Part shown: positions 19,051 through 28,693 of the stretch, piece by piece
Layout: each line of letters begins with the position of its first letter
Position numbering within the stretch: position 1 is the stretch's first letter
Origin: a bacterium
Lineage (GTDB): Bacteria; Bacteroidota; Bacteroidia; Bacteroidales; UBA932
Direction of reading: 5' to 3'
DNA length: 64,000 bases
Assembly (NCBI GenBank): GCA_963639865.1
Contig: CAVHWO010000043.1
Location: forward strand, 2,113 to 66,112
The notes under the pieces: model-generated
The model's input: the letters and a program-made list of their open reading frames with translations, nothing else
Database searches by the model: none
What the model was told of the DNA's origin: nothing
Made by a program: the position numbers and the translations under genes

Positions 19051-19586
19051 GAATCATCGGAGGAAAACTTCGCGGAAAGGCTGTCGTCCCTCCTGCCGGC
19101 TACAAGGCGAGACCTACCACGGACTTCGCCCGTGAGGGTCTCTTCAATGTGCTTGACAATGAGTATGAGTTTGAGGATCTGAAGGTTCTGGATCTGTTCG
19201 GAGGCACCGGCGCCATTGCCTTTGAGTTCGCCTCAAGAGGTGCGGCCAGAGTCTGGTCTGTAGAGATGGCCAGGGAGAACGCCTCTTTCATCAAGACCGA
19301 GGCCGTTCGTCTGGGACTCGACAATGTCACCATGGTAAGGGACAATGTGTTTGACTTCCTCACCATCTGCCACGAGAAGTTCGACATTGTGTTCGCCGAT
19401 CCGCCATACGCCATAGCTGGGCTTGAGACCCTCCCGGACAAGGTTTTTTCCGGGGATATCCTTTATCCGGGGTGCTACTTCATCCTTGAGCACGGGGAGG
19501 AGCATTCGTTCACGGGCCATCAGTATTTCAAGAAAGAGAAACGATACGGACGGGTTCATTTCTCCTTTTTCAGCAAAGACGAATAA
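19047..19586 (+). CDS. rsmD: 16S rRNA m2G966 methyltransferase
   Basis: MRIIGG, RPTTDFAREGLFN, VLDLFGGTG, FADPPY. Confidence 0.95.
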   Translation: MRIIGGKLRGKAVVPPAGYKARPTTDFAREGLFNVLDNEYEFEDLKVLDLFGGTGAIAFEFASRGAARVWSVEMARENASFIKTEAVRLGLDNVTMVRDNVFDFLTICHEKFDIVFADPPYAIAGLETLPDKVFSGDILYPGCYFILEHGEEHSFTGHQYFKKEKRYGRVHFSFFSKDE

Positions 19587-19603
19587 CCAATAACTTCAAG
19601 ATA

Positions 19604-21466
19604 ATGAAAAGAAGCCTCTTCATGGTTCTGGCATTGTCCATGATGACCGCCGGAACAGTTTATGCCCAGGATTGGAAACCTGCCGGCGATCACATCAGAA
19701 CAGTTTGGGCGGATGAAGTCTCGCCGGCCGATGTGCACAGGGAATATCCTCGTCCGCAGATGGTAAGGCCCGAATGGAAATCCCTGAACGGGCTGTGGGA
19801 ATATTCAATAACACCGAAGGATGCTTCTGTCCCGGAAAAGTTTGACGGCAGGATTCTGGTGCCTTTTGCCGTGGAGTCCTCTCTTTCCGGAGTGGGACGC
19901 ACACTGACTCCGGAGGATGCCCTCTGGTACAGGACAACATTCAGAGTCCCTTCCGCATGGAAAGGCAAGCGCCTGATGCTGAACTTCGAGGCTGTTGACT
20001 GGCAGGCGGATGTGATTGTCAATGACATTCAGGTCGGAAAACACACCGGAGGCTACACTCATTTCTCATTCGACATCACGCCTTACCTGAAATCAGGAGA
20101 CAACACTCTGGTTGTCAGGGTTGAGGATGCCACGGACAATGATTTCCAACCTCGCGGGAAGCAGGTCAGGAATCCTAACGGAATCTGGTACACCGCAGTC
20201 TCCGGAATCTGGCAGAGCGTCTGGATCGAGCCGGTCTCAAAGGCTCGTGTAACGGACTATTATGCGGTTTCGGACATAAAAGCCGGAACCATGAATGTCT
20301 CTGTGGCAACGGAAGGGCTGCTGGAGGGAGATGTGGTCAGGGTAAGACTGCTTGACGGCGGAGTCGGGTACTCCACGGATAACGGAGTCTCAGGCCAGGA
20401 GATCGCTCAGGGGAAGACAGTTCCGAACGGAACGGTGACGCTTCCGGTAAGTGACGCGAAACTATGGTCTCCGGAGTCGCCTTACCTTTATGGATTGGAG
20501 ATTTCCGTGCTGCGCGGCGGCAAGGTAGTCGATTCCGTGCACGGTTACACAGCGATCAGGGAAGTGTCTCTTTATGTGAAGAACCGGAACACCAAACTGA
20601 TGGGTCTCAACGGGCAGCCGTTGTTCCAGTTCGGTCCTCTTGACCAGGGGTGGTGGCCGGACGGATTGTACACGGCACCGGCCGACGAGGCTCTGGAGTA
20701 TGATATCCGGAAGACCAAGGACTTCGGATTCAACATGATCCGCAAGCACATCAAGGTTGAGCCGTCCCGTTGGTTCTACCATTGCGACCGTCTGGGAATG
20801 CTGGTTTGGCAGGACATGCCATGCTTCGGCTCCAACAACCTCAATAAGTGGGGAGTGCACAACTACAACGAAGGCACTGATTTCCCTGCCACGCCGCAGG
20901 CCAAGGCCAATTATTATAAGGAGTGGGCGGAGATCATCGCGCAGTTGAAGAAATTCCCTTGCATAGTCATGTGGATTCCGTTTAATGAGGCCTGGAACCA
21001 GTTCGACACCAAGGCCGTCGTTGATTTCACAAGGGCGCAGGATCCGACCAGGCTCATCAACATGTCCTCCGGAGGCAACTGGGAGCCGGACTGCGGGGAT
21101 GTGATGGACAACCATCATTATCCATACCCTGCGATGTACCTTTGGGAACCGGGAATGGCTAATGTCGTTGGTGAGTTTGGCGGCATAGGACTTCCGATTG
21201 ATGGCCATCTCTGGCAGACTGACCGCAACTGGGGATATGTCCAGTACAAGAACGGCGAAGAGGTTCTTGATGAATATGCCAGGTTTGCCGATCATCTGAT
21301 CCTATTGATCAAACAGGGTGTCTGCGGCGCTGTCTACACCCAGACCACGGATGTCGAAGGAGAAGTCAACGGATTCATGACCTATGACCGCAAGATGGTG
21401 AAGATGGACGAGGAGAGACTTCGCGCGATCAACACGAAGGTCATCAAGTCGATGCCACTGAAATAA
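19604..21466 (+). CDS. Secreted GH2 glycoside hydrolase
   Basis: Signal peptide; LNFEAVDW, PRGKQ, SGIWQSVW, LDQGWWPDG, RKHIK, FNEAW (acid/base), GEFGG (nucleophile). Confidence 0.9.
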   Translation: MKRSLFMVLALSMMTAGTVYAQDWKPAGDHIRTVWADEVSPADVHREYPRPQMVRPEWKSLNGLWEYSITPKDASVPEKFDGRILVPFAVESSLSGVGRTLTPEDALWYRTTFRVPSAWKGKRLMLNFEAVDWQADVIVNDIQVGKHTGGYTHFSFDITPYLKSGDNTLVVRVEDATDNDFQPRGKQVRNPNGIWYTAVSGIWQSVWIEPVSKARVTDYYAVSDIKAGTMNVSVATEGLLEGDVVRVRLLDGGVGYSTDNGVSGQEIAQGKTVPNGTVTLPVSDAKLWSPESPYLYGLEISVLRGGKVVDSVHGYTAIREVSLYVKNRNTKLMGLNGQPLFQFGPLDQGWWPDGLYTAPADEALEYDIRKTKDFGFNMIRKHIKVEPSRWFYHCDRLGMLVWQDMPCFGSNNLNKWGVHNYNEGTDFPATPQAKANYYKEWAEIIAQLKKFPCIVMWIPFNEAWNQFDTKAVVDFTRAQDPTRLINMSSGGNWEPDCGDVMDNHHYPYPAMYLWEPGMANVVGEFGGIGLPIDGHLWQTDRNWGYVQYKNGEEVLDEYARFADHLILLIKQGVCGAVYTQTTDVEGEVNGFMTYDRKMVKMDEERLRAINTKVIKSMPLK

Positions 21467-21497
21467 CCTGCACGTGTCTACAAAAAATAATTTGAGA

Positions 21498-22832
21498 ATG
21501 AGGAAGTCAATGACTATTTGCCTGGCGGCCAGCCTTTCGCTTGCGACCGCTGTGGCGGGATATTCACAGAACCACTATCAGCCTGCGCCGGAGAACCTTG
21601 AGTCCCGCAGGCAACTTGTCAACGACCGTTTCGGAATATTCCTGCATTGGGGAATCTATGCCTCCTATGCGCAAGGGGAGTGGTATCTCCAGCAGGGCGG
21701 ACTGAACAAGGATGAATATGCCCATGCGGCCGCCGCGTTCTACCCGGCCGGCTACAATGCCGAGGAGTGGGTGAAGGCTTTCAAGGATGCCGGAGCCGGC
21801 TATGTGACAATCACCTCCCGTCACCACGACGGATTCTCCATGTTTGACACCAAGGCCTCAGACTACAACATCGTCAAGGCGACTCCTTGGGGAAAGGATG
21901 TGATGAGGGATCTCGCTGACGCCTGCCACAAGGAAGGCCTCAGTCTTCAGTTCTACTATTCCATCCTGGACTGGATACGGGAGGACTTTCCGATCGGCGA
22001 GTCTGGACGCAATACCGGCCGCAAAGGGGATCATCCTGACTATGACCACTATCTTGGCTTCATGAAGGAACAGGTCAAGGAACTGCTTACCCAGTACGCT
22101 CCTGTCCGCGCCCTCTGGTTCGACGGCTATTGGGACCACAAGCGCGACTCTGTTCCTTTCAACTGGAAGATGCCGGAGTTCTATGAATATATCCATTCAG
22201 TCGATCCGGCCTGCCTCATAGGTAACAATCATCACATCCAACCGATTGAGGGAGAGGACTTCCAGATGTTCGAGAGAGACCTTCCGGGGCAGAACACCGC
22301 CGGTTATTCCGAGGGGCAGACGGTCAGTGACAAGCTACCCCTTGAAATGTGCCAGACTATGAACCACACATGGGGCTACAGTGTCTCAGACCGGGACTAC
22401 AAGACTGTGGCGCAACTCGTGGGTACCCTTGCGAAGGCTGTCTCGATGAACACCAACCTGCTGCTGAACATAGGTCCACGCGCCGACGGCCGTCTTCCTG
22501 ACGCCGCTCTTGACTTGCTTAAGGGAATCGGTCAGTGGATGAGGACTAACGGTGAATCAATAAAGGGCTGCGGCCCCGGCCCGGTCGGCGAGCAGGAGTG
22601 GGGAGTCACTACCGCACCGCTTGACGGAGGCAAGACCTTCTATATTCATGTGCTCCGGAACCCTGGAGCCGTTCTTGAGATTCCTGTCGCAAAGAAAACC
22701 AAGGTGAAGTCCGTGGTCGCGTTGGCTGACGGCTCCTCACTTGCTGTGAAAAAGGTAGGTGAGAAGCTTTTCATCACCCTTCCGGCCGACCTTCCAGCGG
22801 AAGACTACGTCATCTGTGTGACGATTAAGTAG
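21498..22832 (+). CDS. GH29 alpha-L-fucosidase
   Basis: FGIFLHWG, SRHHDGF, LWFDG nucleophile, LLLNIGP; signal peptide. Confidence 0.93.
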   Translation: MRKSMTICLAASLSLATAVAGYSQNHYQPAPENLESRRQLVNDRFGIFLHWGIYASYAQGEWYLQQGGLNKDEYAHAAAAFYPAGYNAEEWVKAFKDAGAGYVTITSRHHDGFSMFDTKASDYNIVKATPWGKDVMRDLADACHKEGLSLQFYYSILDWIREDFPIGESGRNTGRKGDHPDYDHYLGFMKEQVKELLTQYAPVRALWFDGYWDHKRDSVPFNWKMPEFYEYIHSVDPACLIGNNHHIQPIEGEDFQMFERDLPGQNTAGYSEGQTVSDKLPLEMCQTMNHTWGYSVSDRDYKTVAQLVGTLAKAVSMNTNLLLNIGPRADGRLPDAALDLLKGIGQWMRTNGESIKGCGPGPVGEQEWGVTTAPLDGGKTFYIHVLRNPGAVLEIPVAKKTKVKSVVALADGSSLAVKKVGEKLFITLPADLPAEDYVICVTIK

Positions 22833-22847
22833 GCGGTTGATTGATAA

Positions 22848-22902
22848 TGAATTAAGAATTGCCGGACAACCACACTCGGGTTGTCCGGCAATTCTTAATT
22901 CA
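22848..22902. terminator. Perfect 24-bp inverted repeat between convergent genes (bidirectional terminator?)
   Basis: TGAATTAAGAATTGCCGGACAACC-N7-GGTTGTCCGGCAATTCTTAATTCA. Confidence 0.7.
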
Positions 22903-22935
22903 CACCCCCCCCCTTGTCGATCGGGGGCATATTCA

Positions 22936-25326
22936 TTAAAAGAACTCTTCAGTGTTCCTGTCGAGGTTGTCGGAGTGGTCTTCTGCGGTTGTCTCGGAGT
23001 TGTTCTTGGGACCGAAGTTCCTGTGGCCTCCGTTTCTGCGGTCGTCACCACCTCTACGGTCGAATCCGCCTCTGCGGTCATCGCCGCCGCGACGGTCGAA
23101 ACCACCTCTGCGGTCTCCGTTTCTGCGGTCGAATCCGCCTCCTCTGCGGTCACCACGGTCACTTCCTCCGCGAGGACGGCGCTCCGGCTCGACGTAGCCT
23201 TCAGGCTTAGGGGTGAGCGCGCGCATCGAGAGTCTCATCTTGCCGGTCTTGGCGTCGATCTCAAGAAGCTTGACGTCAACTTCCTGGCCGACAGTGAGGA
23301 CATCCTCGACGTTCTCCGTCTTGTTCCAAGCGATTTCTGAAACGTGGAGAAGGCCTTCCTTGCCAGGAAGAATCTCGATGAAAGCACCGAACTCAAGGAT
23401 CGAGACAACCTTTCCGTGGTAGGTCTCGCCGACCTCAGGAACGGCACAGATGTTCTGAATCCAGTCGTAGGCCTTCTGCATGGCTGCGGCATCGTTCGTG
23501 GCGATGTCCACAACACCCTTGCCGTCGATCTCGTCGATGGAGATGACAGCTCCGGTCTCGGCCTGGATCTTCTGGATGGTCTCGCCGCCCTTGCCGATGA
23601 CGGCACCGATGAACTCCTTGTCGATCTCGAAGGACTTGATTCTCGGAACGAACGGCTTGTAGTCCTCGCGAGGCTTGTTGAGACACTTCATCATCTCGCC
23701 CATGATGTGCATCCTGCCTTCGTGGGCCTGCTGGAGAGCCTTTGCGAGAACCTCGTAGGAAAGACCGTCAACCTTGATGTCCATCTGGGTCGCGGTGATG
23801 CCGTCCTTCGTTCCGGCGACCTTGAAGTCCATGTCGCCGAGGTGATCCTCGTCACCGAGGATGTCGGTGAGGATGGCGTAGCGTCCGTTAGGGTTCTTCT
23901 CGTCAGTGATGAGGCCCATGGCCACACCTGCCACCGGCTTGCTGATCTGGACACCTGCGTCCATAAGGGCAAGGCAGCCGCCGCAGATCGAAGCCTGCGA
24001 CGATGATCCGTTGGATTCCAGGATGTCCGAAACCACGCGCACGGCGTAAGGGAATTCCGGAGCCTTCGGCATGACGGTCTTGAGGGCCCGGAAAGCCAGG
24101 TTCCCGTGACCGACCTCACGACGGCCCACGCCTCTCTGGGACTTGGCCTCGCCTGTGGCGAACGGAGGGAAGTTATAGTGGAGGACGAACTGCTGGGTCT
24201 CCTGCACGAGAACCTCGTCCATCTCCTTCATGTCCATCTTGGTCCCGAGGGTGACGGAGGCAAGGGCCTGGGTCTCTCCACGGGTGAATATGGCGGAACC
24301 GTGAGCGCATGGCAGACAGTCAACCTCGCACCAGATAGGACGTACCTGGGTGGTCTGGCGGCCGTCCACGCGGAGTCCCTCGTCAAGGACAAGGTTCCTC
24401 AGAGCCTCTCTCTGCTCGTGGCCGAAATAGCGGTTGATCATCATCTTCTTCCCGGCCTGCTCCTCCTCGGTGAATCCGAGGGATTCTATGCATTCCTTCT
24501 TGATGGCCTCGAAACCGTCCTCCCTCTCGTGCTTAGGCCTTGCGGACTTGGCGAGAGCGTAGCACTTGTCATAAGCGAAGTCGTGGATCCTCTTCTTGAG
24601 ATCCTCGTCTTCCTCGTCGTGAGGGTAGTCTCTCTTGACATCCTTGCCGAGCTCCTTGTTGAGCTCTTTCTGGATGCGGCAGTGCTTCTTGATCTCCTCG
24701 TGGGCGAACTTTATTGACTCAAGCATCACATCTTCGGAAACCTCCTTCATCTCACCCTCGACCATCATGATGTTCTCCTCGGTAGCGGCCACCATAAGCT
24801 CAAGGTCGGCCTTCTCCATCTCGCTGAAGTCAGGGTTGATCTTGAACTCTCCGTCGATCCTTGCGACACGCACCTCCGAGATAGGTCCGAGGAACGGAAG
24901 GTCGCTGGCTGCCAGGGCGGCGGATGCGGCGAGTCCGGCGAGAGCGTCCGGCTGGATGTCTTTCTCCGCGGAGATCAGCCAGATGTTGACGAACACGGCA
25001 AGGTGGAAATCCTCAGGGAACAGAGGCCTCAAAGCCCTGTCAACAAGGCGTGAGATCAGGATCTCGTAGTCGGAGGACTTGCCCTCTCTCTTCATGAATC
25101 CGCCCGGGAAACGTCCCGCGGAATAGAATTTTTCCTTATAGTCCACCTGAAGTGGAAGGAAGTCTGTGTCTTCTGCAGCTTCTTTAGCGCAGGTAACAGT
25201 GGCCAGAAGCATGGTGCCTCCCATCTTGACCACCGCTGAACCGTCCGCCTGCTTGGCGACTTTGCCGGTCTCAATCTCAATCACCCTACCGTCGGATAAT
25301 TCGATCTTCTTTGTGATGATGTTCAT
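22936..25326 (-). CDS. pnp: Polyribonucleotide nucleotidyltransferase (PNPase)
   Basis: [36 protein letters not shown] (VIGKGG) and S1 domains. Confidence 0.99.
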   Translation of the reverse strand: MNIITKKIELSDGRVIEIETGKVAKQADGSAVVKMGGTMLLATVTCAKEAAEDTDFLPLQVDYKEKFYSAGRFPGGFMKREGKSSDYEILISRLVDRALRPLFPEDFHLAVFVNIWLISAEKDIQPDALAGLAASAALAASDLPFLGPISEVRVARIDGEFKINPDFSEMEKADLELMVAATEENIMMVEGEMKEVSEDVMLESIKFAHEEIKKHCRIQKELNKELGKDVKRDYPHDEEDEDLKKRIHDFAYDKCYALAKSARPKHEREDGFEAIKKECIESLGFTEEEQAGKKMMINRYFGHEQREALRNLVLDEGLRVDGRQTTQVRPIWCEVDCLPCAHGSAIFTRGETQALASVTLGTKMDMKEMDEVLVQETQQFVLHYNFPPFATGEAKSQRGVGRREVGHGNLAFRALKTVMPKAPEFPYAVRVVSDILESNGSSSQASICGGCLALMDAGVQISKPVAGVAMGLITDEKNPNGRYAILTDILGDEDHLGDMDFKVAGTKDGITATQMDIKVDGLSYEVLAKALQQAHEGRMHIMGEMMKCLNKPREDYKPFVPRIKSFEIDKEFIGAVIGKGGETIQKIQAETGAVISIDEIDGKGVVDIATNDAAAMQKAYDWIQNICAVPEVGETYHGKVVSILEFGAFIEILPGKEGLLHVSEIAWNKTENVEDVLTVGQEVDVKLLEIDAKTGKMRLSMRALTPKPEGYVEPERRPRGGSDRGDRRGGGFDRRNGDRRGGFDRRGGDDRRGGFDRRGGDDRRNGGHRNFGPKNNSETTAEDHSDNLDRNTEEFF

Positions 25327-25424
25327 TTTACTGTTTTTACCGCGTGTCCTCAACAAAATATATCTGAAAACTTCAGCGTCATTTTAATCCTTGAAACCTC
25401 TTACGCTTTGTAAGTGATCTTAAT

Positions 25425-25467
25425 AAAAAAGGGATGGCTGCGGCATAAAGCGCGGCCAATCCCTTTT
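25425..25467 (-). terminator. Intrinsic terminator/attenuator between rpsO and pnp
   Basis: Minus AAAAGGGATTGGCCGCG..CGCAGCCATCCCTTTTTT. Confidence 0.75.
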
Positions 25468-25484
25468 CTGTCCCTATTGTGTGA

Positions 25485-25760
25485 TTATCGACGGAGACCG
25501 AGCTCCTTGACGATCTTTCTGTATCTCTCGATGTCGATCTTCTGGAGATAGTCCAGAAGCTGACGCCTTTTACCTACGAGACGGAGAAGGGAACGGCGGG
25601 TGACAACATCCTTCTTGTTCTTCTTCACGTGCTCCGTGAGGTGATTGATACGGTAGGAAAATAAAGCAACTTGACTCTCTGGTGAGCCGGTGTCCGTATT
25701 AGACTTCCCGTACTTAGCGAAAATCTCTTGCTTCTTGTCGGCTTGTAAATACTCTGCCAT
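25485..25760 (-). CDS. rpsO: 30S ribosomal protein S15
   Basis: [33 protein letters not shown]. Confidence 0.98.
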   Translation of the reverse strand: MAEYLQADKKQEIFAKYGKSNTDTGSPESQVALFSYRINHLTEHVKKNKKDVVTRRSLLRLVGKRRQLLDYLQKIDIERYRKIVKELGLRR

Positions 25761-25826
25761 TTTCGCAAAAAATTTTGTTGATGATTAATAAAACGTCTTC
25801 TTTTCCACACCTTGCGGAAAAGCATG

Positions 25827-25834
25827 CAAAGATA
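25827..25834 (-). promoter_or_regulatory. -7 promoter element of rpsO
   Basis: Minus TATCTTTG(CA), with TTTG further upstream near 25854. Confidence 0.65.
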
Positions 25835-25960
25835 CGCATAATTTTCAGACAATCAAAATATTTTCTGAAAATCCCGGCTTGCGGAAAACAGGAAACGAAA
25901 TCAACGGCGCCAGTTCTTTTGGGATGGAGCAGGAATGTCCTGGATAGGACGTCATTCACC

Positions 25961-26899
25961 CTATCGTTCCGCGGCGGCGCTTTTGTGTATCTTATAGAAG
26001 CGCGAGCGGATTTCATCCAGCGTGCCGATGGTCATGTAAACGTCATAGGTGAAGACCATGCCCTTGGTGACCGCCATATTCTTCAGCGGCGCGAAATAGG
26101 AGCAGGAGCCTTCGGTCGCTCCGCCGGGGCCTGTGCCAAAACGGTACAGGGTGCAGAAGTCGGCCGTTGGTGAATACACGCCTACTCCCCAGTCCTTTCC
26201 GTCCACGTAAGCCGCCCACGACTCCGTGAGTTTCGCTGTCTCGCCCGAAGCGGCGTCCGCCAGCAGTTTCGGCACATGACGGGTCAGAGTGTCGCCAGTC
26301 CACGGACGGTCGCCTCCGTAGCGAACGAAGTTAGGATAATCCCAGTCGATGAACACGGCCGGAACCTCCTGATGGCGTTCCCCGTGGTCGCGCGCCCCGT
26401 CGCCGGTGTTCTTGAAAGTGTACTTGATGTGAACGATGAGTCCCTCCAGGCTGATGTCTTCTTCCATCGTGCATTCCGTCGCCGGTTCGTCAGAAGCCCA
26501 AAGCACGGGTTCGGTGACGATGTGAAGCCTCGTGGCCGCCTGTTCCTTGTCGAGGACGCGGGCCTTGCGCCCTTTGCTCCCTCCTCCTTGTATGGGATTC
26601 CACAGCCATGCCTGGTTCCACCACGTACTGCCATCGGGATCCCCATAGTAGGACTGCTGCACGAAACGCCCTTCATCGGCATGGTTCAGGATGTTGGTCT
26701 TTTTCCCGGACTCGGAAAAATGAAAGATGGCTCCTCCGCGTTCCGGATCGACGCCGATCTGAATCTTACCGTTGTTGATGTACAGCGCCTGCTCCATCCC
26801 TTTCTCCGCCCAGACCTGTTTTGGAGTCTGCCGCTCCGTCGTCGCACATGACAGGAGCAGGAGAGCTGCGGACATAATTGCTATAGTTTTTCTCATCAT
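25961..26899 (-). CDS. Hypothetical lipoprotein, possible beta-sandwich carbohydrate-active fold
   Basis: Lipobox LLS-C; NHADEGRFVQQSYY, WNPIQGG, QEVPAVF; start moved to ATG at 26899. Confidence 0.65.
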   Translation of the reverse strand: MMRKTIAIMSAALLLLSCATTERQTPKQVWAEKGMEQALYINNGKIQIGVDPERGGAIFHFSESGKKTNILNHADEGRFVQQSYYGDPDGSTWWNQAWLWNPIQGGGSKGRKARVLDKEQAATRLHIVTEPVLWASDEPATECTMEEDISLEGLIVHIKYTFKNTGDGARDHGERHQEVPAVFIDWDYPNFVRYGGDRPWTGDTLTRHVPKLLADAASGETAKLTESWAAYVDGKDWGVGVYSPTADFCTLYRFGTGPGGATEGSCSYFAPLKNMAVTKGMVFTYDVYMTIGTLDEIRSRFYKIHKSAAAER

Positions 26900-27183
26900 T
26901 ATGATTATTTGCCTCAAATTTATGCATTATTATCCGTATCCTCGCAACAAAGGATGCATATTCAGGCCATTTTCATCTTTCCCATCGGTCACGCAGCAAC
27001 AGCTACGCTCCCTCTTCCAAAGCCGAAACTGTCTCAAAAATTCCGCATGATCAAATTCGGGAATCATTTTTAAACAGCTTCTGAATAACGGTACTTATTC
27101 TATATCAGAATCAGAACGAAAAACATCATCGAACGCCGGTGTGACTTGCGAAGAGTGCAATGCATTCTGCGTACCGCCGTAAG

Positions 27184-27741
27184 TCAGTACAGCCGGTAGC
27201 CGCGCAGGGCCCGCTGCTTGGCAAGGTGGTCAGGGCAGATGGATTCGAGGAGGGCGTGGAACTCCGGTCCGTGGTTGGGGTGGCGGAGATGGCAGAGCTC
27301 GTGGAGGATGACGTAGTCCCGCAGCTCGTCCGGAAGACGCGCGAGATTGAGGTTCAGGTTGATGTTGCCTTTGCGCGAGCAGCTTCCCCAGTTCGAGGAG
27401 TTGTGCTTGATGCGGACGGAATTATATTCAAATGAATATCTTGCCGCAAGTTCCAGCAAACGCTTCGGGAGTACTTCTTTCGCCTCCTTGCGAAGATCCT
27501 CAATTTCCTCAGGAGTGGGAATATGTCCGGCTCCGGTCAGCTCCCGCTGCCGCGTCTGGATTTTCATGACCCAATCCTTTTTTGTGAGGAAGAACTCCAG
27601 GCCTGTCTTGTACGGAACGAAGCAGGGGATGGTAACGACAACGCCCCTGCGGGGATTCACGCATAGTGTAACCCTGCGGGAGCGTACGTTTTTCCGGATT
27701 GTAACCGCTCCGGTGTCCGGGTCGTCAAAGGTTTTCTCCAT
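27184..27741 (-). CDS. YgjP/DUF45-like (M48-related) HExxH metallo-hydrolase
   Basis: WGSCS, DYVILHELCHL.HPNHGPEFH. Confidence 0.85.
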   Translation of the reverse strand: MEKTFDDPDTGAVTIRKNVRSRRVTLCVNPRRGVVVTIPCFVPYKTGLEFFLTKKDWVMKIQTRQRELTGAGHIPTPEEIEDLRKEAKEVLPKRLLELAARYSFEYNSVRIKHNSSNWGSCSRKGNINLNLNLARLPDELRDYVILHELCHLRHPNHGPEFHALLESICPDHLAKQRALRGYRLY

Positions 27742-28693
27742 TCGCCAAGTCGTCTGCGCCAGGAATCACATCGCAGTTGCCTTGTGCGGACTCAAGCTTT
27801 ACCTTTGACACGCACTTGACGGCCAGAAACAGAACGGCGGCGCTGACTATGAATATGATCACATAGACCCCGGTCGGAACAATGTCCAGAAGACTTTCGT
27901 CAGCCCCTAGATCCTTGAACGCCGGCAGTTTTGATGACAGCACGGAGACCGTGTTGTTGACGCAGTGCATCAGCATCGTAAGCTTAAGCGAGCCGGTCTT
28001 GTAGTAGACGTAGCCGAAGAAGCTTCCGAGGATGAACGCGGAGAACCCCTGCCAAAGGTTGCCGTGGATTGTGGCGAAGAAGATCGCCGAGATCGCTATC
28101 GCCAGAGCCGGAGTCATTCCTCTTCTGCTTCCATCCTCTCCAGGCTCACCCTTGCGGGAATAGTTCAGAAGGCCTCTCAGCACGATCCCCCTGCACATCC
28201 ACTCTTCAAACACGGGAGCGAACACGCTCATGCTCAGCATACTGACCCAAAGCGGTCCGTCAAGCAACTGTTCCATGGTCTTGACCAAGGTCTCGTCCAT
28301 GTCCGGCATCAGCGCCATCAACGGCTCAAGCACCAACGCCAGGGCGATCGTCCCGAAAGCCACCAGGATTGCCGTGAGAGCGCCGCCTCCGGTTCCGAAG
28401 TGATTGCTGTCCAGAGCATATCCCCTGTCGAATGTCGAGTTCCGCATGCTCTTGAGCCTCACGTACATCAGCACGGGGATGAATTGCACCGGATAGACGA
28501 TAAGCATGCTGTAGTACAGCGGAAATCCAGGCAGGAACGCCATCAGCCCGATGCTGAGCAAGCTTCCGAGAATCATCCCCGCCAGAAACCAGCCAAGGAT
28601 GGCGAAAACGCCGGCCACGCCCGGGGTGTACCAGGCGCAGCCGGAGAAAAGGTCGTAGTTCCTCTCGACCTTGCGTGGTCTGAGAAAGGACAT
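27725..28693 (-). CDS. CPBP (CAAX/Abi) intramembrane glutamic endopeptidase
   Basis: APVFEEWMCRG, FATIHGN, HCVNN. Confidence 0.9.
   Translation of the reverse strand: MSFLRPRKVERNYDLFSGCAWYTPGVAGVFAILGWFLAGMILGSLLSIGLMAFLPGFPLYYSMLIVYPVQFIPVLMYVRLKSMRNSTFDRGYALDSNHFGTGGGALTAILVAFGTIALALVLEPLMALMPDMDETLVKTMEQLLDGPLWVSMLSMSVFAPVFEEWMCRGIVLRGLLNYSRKGEPGEDGSRRGMTPALAIAISAIFFATIHGNLWQGFSAFILGSFFGYVYYKTGSLKLTMLMHCVNNTVSVLSSKLPAFKDLGADESLLDIVPTGVYVIIFIVSAAVLFLAVKCVSKVKLESAQGNCDVIPGADDLANGENL

Noticed and set aside
22837..23340. Ser/Thr/Val-rich repeat ORF and DNA repeats resembling an array
   Set aside because: Antisense of the PNPase DRRGG tail; no unique spacers or cas genes, so not CRISPR
26918..27183. 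Long intergenic region as a possible riboswitch
   Set aside because: No TPP, cobalamin, SAM or FMN consensus or convincing terminator visible on either strand
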